Shown here: one piece after another, positions 58,805 through 64,000 of the stretch
Position numbering within the stretch: position 1 is the first letter of the stretch
Layout of the letters: each line of letters opens with the position of its first letter
Assembly: GCA_964057225.1 (NCBI GenBank)
Contig: OZ059898.1
Location: forward strand, 14,570,001-14,634,000
Direction of reading: 5' to 3'
Source: Auanema rhodensis
Lineage: Eukaryota > Animalia > Nematoda
DNA: 64,000 nucleotides
Translations under genes and position numbers: made by a program
Notes under the pieces: model-generated
The model's database searches: none
The model's input: only the letters and a program-made list of their open reading frames with translations
Told to the model about the DNA's origin: nothing

Positions 58805-58997
58805 GCCATCTTTTGGCATCTTCTCTTCTGAATTTCCATATTTTGAAATCAGCTCTCTTCTAAATCTCTTTTCTGCTTTTAATCTTATTCTTAGAAGTTA
58901 ATACGGGGCCGATTCATCGTTGTTACTTCACTTGTTCCTTACTCACTTCCTCGAGGTAAATGATAGAAGAAGTAGTATCATAAGAACAGTTAACGTG

Positions 58998-59069
58998 TCC
59001 CATGTGGTCTAGTGGTTAGGATTCGTGGTTTTCACCCACGCGGCCCGGGTTCGATTCCCGGCATGGGAA
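58998..59069 (+). tRNA. tRNA-Glu(TTC)
   Basis: Array copy. Confidence 0.96.
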
Positions 59070-59262
59070 GCCATCTTTTGGCATCTTCTCTTCTGAATTT
59101 CCATATTTTGAAATCAGCTCTCTTCTAAATCTCTTTTCTGCTTTTAATCTTATTCTTAGAAGTTAATACGGGGCCGATTCATCGTTGTTACTTCCCTTGT
59201 TGCTTACTCACTTCCTCGAGGTAAATGATAGAAGAAGTAGTATCATAAGAACAGTTAGCGTG

Positions 59263-59334
59263 TCCCATGTGGTCTAGTGGTTAGGATTCGTGGTTTTCAC
59301 CCACGCGGCCCGGGTTCGATTCCCGGCATGGGAA
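59263..59334 (+). tRNA. tRNA-Glu(TTC)
   Basis: Array copy. Confidence 0.96.
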
Positions 59335-59527
59335 GCCATCTTTTGGCATCTTCTCTTCTGAATTTCCATATTTTGAAATCAGCTCTCTTCTAAATCTCTT
59401 TTCTGCTTTTAATCTTATTCTTAGAAGTTAATACGGGGCCGATTCATCGTTGTTACTTCCCTTGTTGCTTACTCACTTCCTCGAGGTAAATGATAGAAGA
59501 AGTAGTATCATAAGAACAGTTAGCGTG

Positions 59528-59599
59528 TCCCATGTGGTCTAGTGGTTAGGATTCGTGGTTTTCACCCACGCGGCCCGGGTTCGATTCCCGGCATGGGAA
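59528..59599 (+). tRNA. tRNA-Glu(TTC)
   Basis: Array copy. Confidence 0.96.
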
Positions 59600-59792
59600 G
59601 CCATCTTTTGGCATCTTCTCTTCTGAATTTCCATATTTTGAAATCAGCTCTCTTCTAAATCTCTTTTCTGCTTTTAATCTTATTCTTAGAAGTTAATACG
59701 GGGCCGATTCATCGTTGTTACTTCCCTTGTTGCTTACTCACTTCCTCGAGGTAAATGATAGAAGAAGTAGTATCATAAGAACAGTTAGCGTG

Positions 59793-59864
59793 TCCCATGT
59801 GGTCTAGTGGTTAGGATTCGTGGTTTTCACCCACGCGGCCCGGGTTCGATTCCCGGCATGGGAA
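59793..59864 (+). tRNA. tRNA-Glu(TTC)
   Basis: Array copy. Confidence 0.96.
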
Positions 59865-60057
59865 GCCATCTTTTGGCATCTTCTCTTCTGAATTTCCATA
59901 TTTTGAAATCAGCTCTCTTCTAAATCTCTTTTCTGCTTTTAATCTTATTCTTAGAAGTTAATACGGGGCCGATTCATCGTTGTTACTTCCCTTGTTCCTT
60001 ATTCACTTCCTCGAGGTAAATGATAGAAGAAGTAGTATCATAAGAACAGTTAACGTG

Positions 60058-60129
60058 TCCCATGTGGTCTAGTGGTTAGGATTCGTGGTTTTCACCCACG
60101 CGGCCCGGGTTCGATTCCCGGCATGGGAA
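60058..60129 (+). tRNA. tRNA-Glu(TTC)
   Basis: Array copy. Confidence 0.96.
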
Positions 60130-60322
60130 GCCATCTTTTGGCATCTTCTCTTCTGAATTTCCATATTTTGAAATCAGCTCTCTTCTAAATCTCTTTTCTG
60201 CTTTTAATCTTATTCTTAGAAGTTAATACGGGACCAATTCATCATTGTTACTTCCCTTGTTCCTTACTCACTTCCTCGAGGTAAATGATAGAAGAAGTAG
60301 TATCATAAGAACAGTTAACGTG

Positions 60323-60394
60323 TCCCATGTGGTCTAGTGGTTAGGATTCGTGGTTTTCACCCACGCGGCCCGGGTTCGATTCCCGGCATGGGAA
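60323..60394 (+). tRNA. tRNA-Glu(TTC)
   Basis: Array copy. Confidence 0.96.
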
Positions 60395-60587
60395 GCCATC
60401 TTTTGGCATCTTCTCTTCTGAATTTCCATATTTTGAAATCAGCTCTCTTCTAAATCTCTTTTCTGCTTTTAATCGTTTTGTTAGAAGTTAATACGGGACC
60501 AATTCATCGTTGTTACTTCACTTGTTCCTTACTCACTTCCTCGAGGTAAATGATAGAAGAAGTAGTATCATAAGAACAGTTAACGTG

Positions 60588-60659
60588 TCCCATGTGCTCT
60601 AGTGGTTAGGATTCGTGGTTTTCACCCACGCGGCCCGGGTTTGATTCCCGGCATGGGAA
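60588..60659 (+). pseudogene. tRNA-Glu(TTC) variant, probably non-functional
   Basis: G10>C at 60597 (A-box/D-stem) and C56>T at 60642 (B-box GTTCGA>GTTTGA). Confidence 0.75.
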
Positions 60660-60852
60660 GCCATCTTTTGGCATCTTCTCTTCTGAATTTCCATATTTTG
60701 AAATCAGCTCTCTTCTAAATCTCTTTTCTGCTTTTAATCGTTTTGTTAGAAGATAATACGGGACCAATTCATCATTGTTACTTCCCTTGTTCCTAACTCA
60801 CTTCCTCGAGGTAAATGATAGAAGAAGTAGTATCATAAGAACAGTTAACGTG

Positions 60853-60924
60853 TCCCATGTGGTCTAGTGGTTAGGATTCGTGGTTTTCACCCACGCGGCC
60901 CGGGTTCGATTCCCGGCATGGGAA
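60853..60924 (+). tRNA. tRNA-Glu(TTC)
   Basis: Array copy. Confidence 0.96.
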
Positions 60925-61117
60925 GCCATCTTTTGGCATCTTCTCTTCTGAATTTCCACATTTTGAAATCAGCTCTCTTCTAAATCTCTTTTCTGCTTTT
61001 AATCTTTTTGTTAGAAGTTAATACGGGGCCGATTCATTGTTGTTACTTCCCTTGTTGCTTATTCACTTCCTCGAGGTAAATGATAGAAGAAGTAGTATCA
61101 TAAGAACAGTTAACGTG

Positions 61118-61189
61118 TCCCATGTGGTCTAGTGGTTAGGATTCGTGGTTTTCACCCACGCGGCCCGGGTTCGATTCCCGGCATGGGAA
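61118..61189 (+). tRNA. tRNA-Glu(TTC)
   Basis: Array copy. Confidence 0.96.
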
Positions 61190-61382
61190 GCCATCTTTTG
61201 GCATCTTCTCTTCTGAATTTCCACATTTTGAAATCAGCTCTCTTCTAAATCTCTTTTCTGCTTTTAATCTTTTTGTTAGAAGTTAATACGGGGCCGATTC
61301 ATTGTTGTTACTTCCCTTGTTGCTTATTCACTTCCTCGAGGTAAATGATAGAAGAAGTAGTATCATAAGAACAGTTAACGTG

Positions 61383-61454
61383 TCCCATGTGGTCTAGTGG
61401 TTAGGATTCGTGGTTTTCACCCACGCGGCCCGGGTTCGATTCCCGGCATGGGAA
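61383..61454 (+). tRNA. tRNA-Glu(TTC)
   Basis: Array copy. Confidence 0.96.
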
Positions 61455-61647
61455 GCCATCTTTTGGCATCTTCTCTTCTGAATTTCCATATTTTGAAATT
61501 AGCTCTCTTCTAAATCTCTTTTCTGCTTTTAATCGTTTTGTTAGAAGTTAATACGGGGCCGATTCATCGTTGTTACTTCCCTTGTTCCTTACTCACTTCC
61601 TCGAGGTAAATGATAGAAGAAGTAGTATCATAAGAACAGTTAACGTG

Positions 61648-61719
61648 TCCCATGTGGTCTAGTGGTTAGGATTCGTGGTTTTCACCCACGCGGCCCGGGT
61701 TCGATTCCCGGCATGGGAA
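61648..61719 (+). tRNA. tRNA-Glu(TTC)
   Basis: Array copy. Confidence 0.96.
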
Positions 61720-61912
61720 GCCATCTTTTGGCATCTTCTCTTCTGAATTTCCATATTTTGAAATCAGCTCTCTTCTAAATCTCTTTTCTGCTTTTAATCT
61801 TATTCTTAGAAGTTAATACGGGACCAATTCATCATTCTTACTTCCCTTGTTGCTTATTCACTTCCTCGAGGTAAATGATAGAAGAAGTAGTATCATAAGA
61901 ACAGTTAACGTG

Positions 61913-61984
61913 TCCCATGTGGTCTAGTGGTTAGGATTCGTGGTTTTCACCCACGCGGCCCGGGTTCGATTCCCGGCATGGGAA
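61913..61984 (+). tRNA. tRNA-Glu(TTC)
   Basis: Array copy. Confidence 0.96.
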
Positions 61985-62177
61985 GCCATCTTTTGGCATC
62001 TTCTCTTCTGAATTTCCATATTTTGAAATCAGCTCTCTTCTAAATCTCTTTTCTGCTTTTAATCGTTTTGTTAGAAGTTAATACGGGGCCGATTCATCGT
62101 TGTTACTTCCCTTGTTCCTTACTCACTTCCTCGAGGTAAATGATAGAAGAAGTAGTATCATAAGAACAGTTAACGTG

Positions 62178-62249
62178 TCCCATGTGGTCTAGTGGTTAGG
62201 ATTCGTGGTTTTCACCCACGCGGCCCGGGTTCGATTCCCGGCATGGGAA
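62178..62249 (+). tRNA. tRNA-Glu(TTC)
   Basis: Array copy. Confidence 0.96.
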
Positions 62250-62442
62250 GCCATCTTTTGGCATCTTCTCTTCTGAATTTCCATATTTTGAAATCAGCTC
62301 TCTTCTAAATCTCTTTTCTGCTTTTAATCTTATTCTTAGAAGTTAATACGGGACCAATTCATCATTCTTACTTCCCTTGTTCCTTATTCACTTCCTCGAG
62401 GTAAATGATAGAAGAAGTAGTATCATAAGAACAGTTAATGTG

Positions 62443-62514
62443 TCCCATGTGGTCTAGTGGTTAGGATTCGTGGTTTTCACCCACGCGGCCCGGGTTCGAT
62501 TCCCGGCATGGGAA
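62443..62514 (+). tRNA. tRNA-Glu(TTC)
   Basis: Array copy. Confidence 0.96.
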
Positions 62515-62707
62515 GCCATCTTTTGGCATCTTCTCTTCTGAATTTCCATATTTTGAAATCAGCTCTCTTCTAAATCTCTTTTCTGCTTTTAATCTTATTC
62601 TTAGAAGTTAATACGGGACCAATTCATCATTGTTACTTCCCTTGTTCCTTACTCACTTCCTCGAGGTAAATGATAGAAGAAGTAGTATCATAAGAACAGT
62701 TAACGTG

Positions 62708-62779
62708 TCCCATGTGGTCTAGTGGTTAGGATTCGTGGTTTTCACCCACGCGGCCCGGGTTCGATTCCCGGCATGGGAA
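62708..62779 (+). tRNA. tRNA-Glu(TTC)
   Basis: Array copy. Confidence 0.96.
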
Positions 62780-62972
62780 GCCATCTTTTGGCATCTTCTC
62801 TTCTGAATTTCCACATTTTGAAATCAGCTCTCTTCTAAATCTCTTTTCTGCTTTTAATCTTATTCTTAGAAATTAATACGGGACCAATTCATCATTCTTA
62901 CTTCCCTTGTTCTTTATTCACTTCCTCGAGGTAAATGATAGAAGAAGTAGTATCATAAGAACAGTTAACGTG

Positions 62973-63044
62973 TCCCATGTGGTCTAGTGGTTAGGATTCG
63001 TGGTTTTCACCCACGCGGCCCGGGTTCGATTCCCGGCATGGGAA
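62973..63044 (+). tRNA. tRNA-Glu(TTC)
   Basis: Array copy. Confidence 0.96.
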
Positions 63045-63237
63045 GCCATCTTTTGGCATCTTCTCTTCTGAATTTCCATATTTTGAAATCAGCTCTCTTC
63101 TAAATCTCTTTTCTGCTTTTAATCTTTTTGTTAGAAGTTAATACGGGGCCGATTCATTGTTGTTACTTCCCTTGTTGCTTATTCACTTCCTCGAGGTAAA
63201 TGATAGAAGAAGTAGTATCATAAGAACAGTTAACGTG

Positions 63238-63309
63238 TCCCATGTGGTCTAGTGGTTAGGATTCGTGGTTTTCACCCACGCGGCCCGGGTTCGATTCCCG
63301 GCATGGGAA
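63238..63309 (+). tRNA. tRNA-Glu(TTC)
   Basis: Array copy. Confidence 0.96.
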
Positions 63310-63502
63310 GCCATCTTTTGGCATCTTCTCTTCTGAATTTCCACATTTTGAAATCAGCTCTCTTCTAAATCTCTTTTCTGCTTTTAATCTTTTTGTTAGA
63401 AGTTAATACGGGGCCGATTCATTGTTGTTACTTCCCTTGTTGCTTATTCACTTCCTCGAGGTAAATGATAGAAGAAGTAGTATCATAAGAACAGTTAACG
63501 TG

Positions 63503-63574
63503 TCCCATGTGGTCTAGTGGTTAGGATTCGTGGTTTTCACCCACGCGGCCCGGGTTCGATTCCCGGCATGGGAA
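63503..63574 (+). tRNA. tRNA-Glu(TTC)
   Basis: Array copy. Confidence 0.96.
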
Positions 63575-63767
63575 GCCATCTTTTGGCATCTTCTCTTCTG
63601 AATTTCCATATTTTGAAATTAGCTCTCTTCTAAATCTCTTTTCTGCTTTTAATCTTATTCTTAGAAGTTAATACGGGGCCGATTCATTGTTGTTACTTCC
63701 CTTGTTGCTTATTCACTTCCTCGAGGTAAATGATAGAAGAAGTAGTATCATAAGAACAGTTAACGTG

Positions 63768-63839
63768 TCCCATGTGGTCTAGTGGTTAGGATTCGTGGTT
63801 TTCACCCACGCGGCCCGGGTTCGATTCCCGGCATGGGAA
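63768..63839 (+). tRNA. tRNA-Glu(TTC)
   Basis: Array copy. Confidence 0.96.
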
Positions 63840-64000
63840 GCCATCTTTTGGCATCTTCTCTTCTGAATTTCCATATTTTGAAATTAGCTCTCTTCTAAAT
63901 CTCTTTTCTGCTTTTAATCTTATTCTTAGAAGTTAATACGGGACCAATTCATCATTCTTACTTCCCTTGTTCTTTATTCACTTCCTCGAGGTAAATGATA

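Larger units (their letters stand above)
58266..64000 (+). repeat. Tandem array of 265-bp tRNA-Glu(TTC) units (21 full genes, continues past window end)
   Basis: tRNA starts at 58468+265k for k=0..20; near-identical spacers. Confidence 0.99.

Noticed and set aside
58266-64000. CRISPR-like repeat/spacer array
   Set aside because: Spacers are near-identical rather than unique, the repeat is a tRNA gene, the DNA is eukaryotic and there are no cas genes

Overview
Eukaryotic genomic DNA, almost certainly from a nematode with a compact genome: AT-rich, introns mostly 35-60 nt, TTTCAG/TTTTAG acceptors, and acceptors sitting directly before ATGs as expected for trans-splicing. The species cannot be fixed from the sequence. 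Bases 1-10 kb hold microsatellites and no gene I can recognise. A minus-strand operon-like cluster follows: BUD13, an SLC9B/NHA Na+/H+ antiporter, and mannose-6-phosphate isomerase. Next come a glycine N-acyltransferase-like GNAT gene, an unknown coiled-coil gene head-to-head with pab-1 (PABPC), a C18orf21/RMP24-like zinc-ribbon gene downstream of pab-1, SPRYD7, a roughly 340-nt highly self-complementary non-coding segment, cdk-4, a PAG/Cbp-like transmembrane adaptor gene, and an IPUT1/PGSIP6-like GT8 glycosyltransferase. From 54,976 to the window end is a tandem array of tRNA-Glu(TTC) genes on an exact 265-bp period (24 full-length copies, one doubly mutated). The array is interrupted by about 2.5 kb carrying a 7TM chemoreceptor gene or pseudogene, a MITE-like element, a decayed tRNA and an inverted half-tRNA. 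The most notable items are the tRNA-Glu array and its junctions, the unclassified structured-RNA candidate at 33.4-33.8 kb, the pab-1 A-rich leader, and the PAG-like adaptor. All gene models were assembled by eye, so exon boundaries are approximate.
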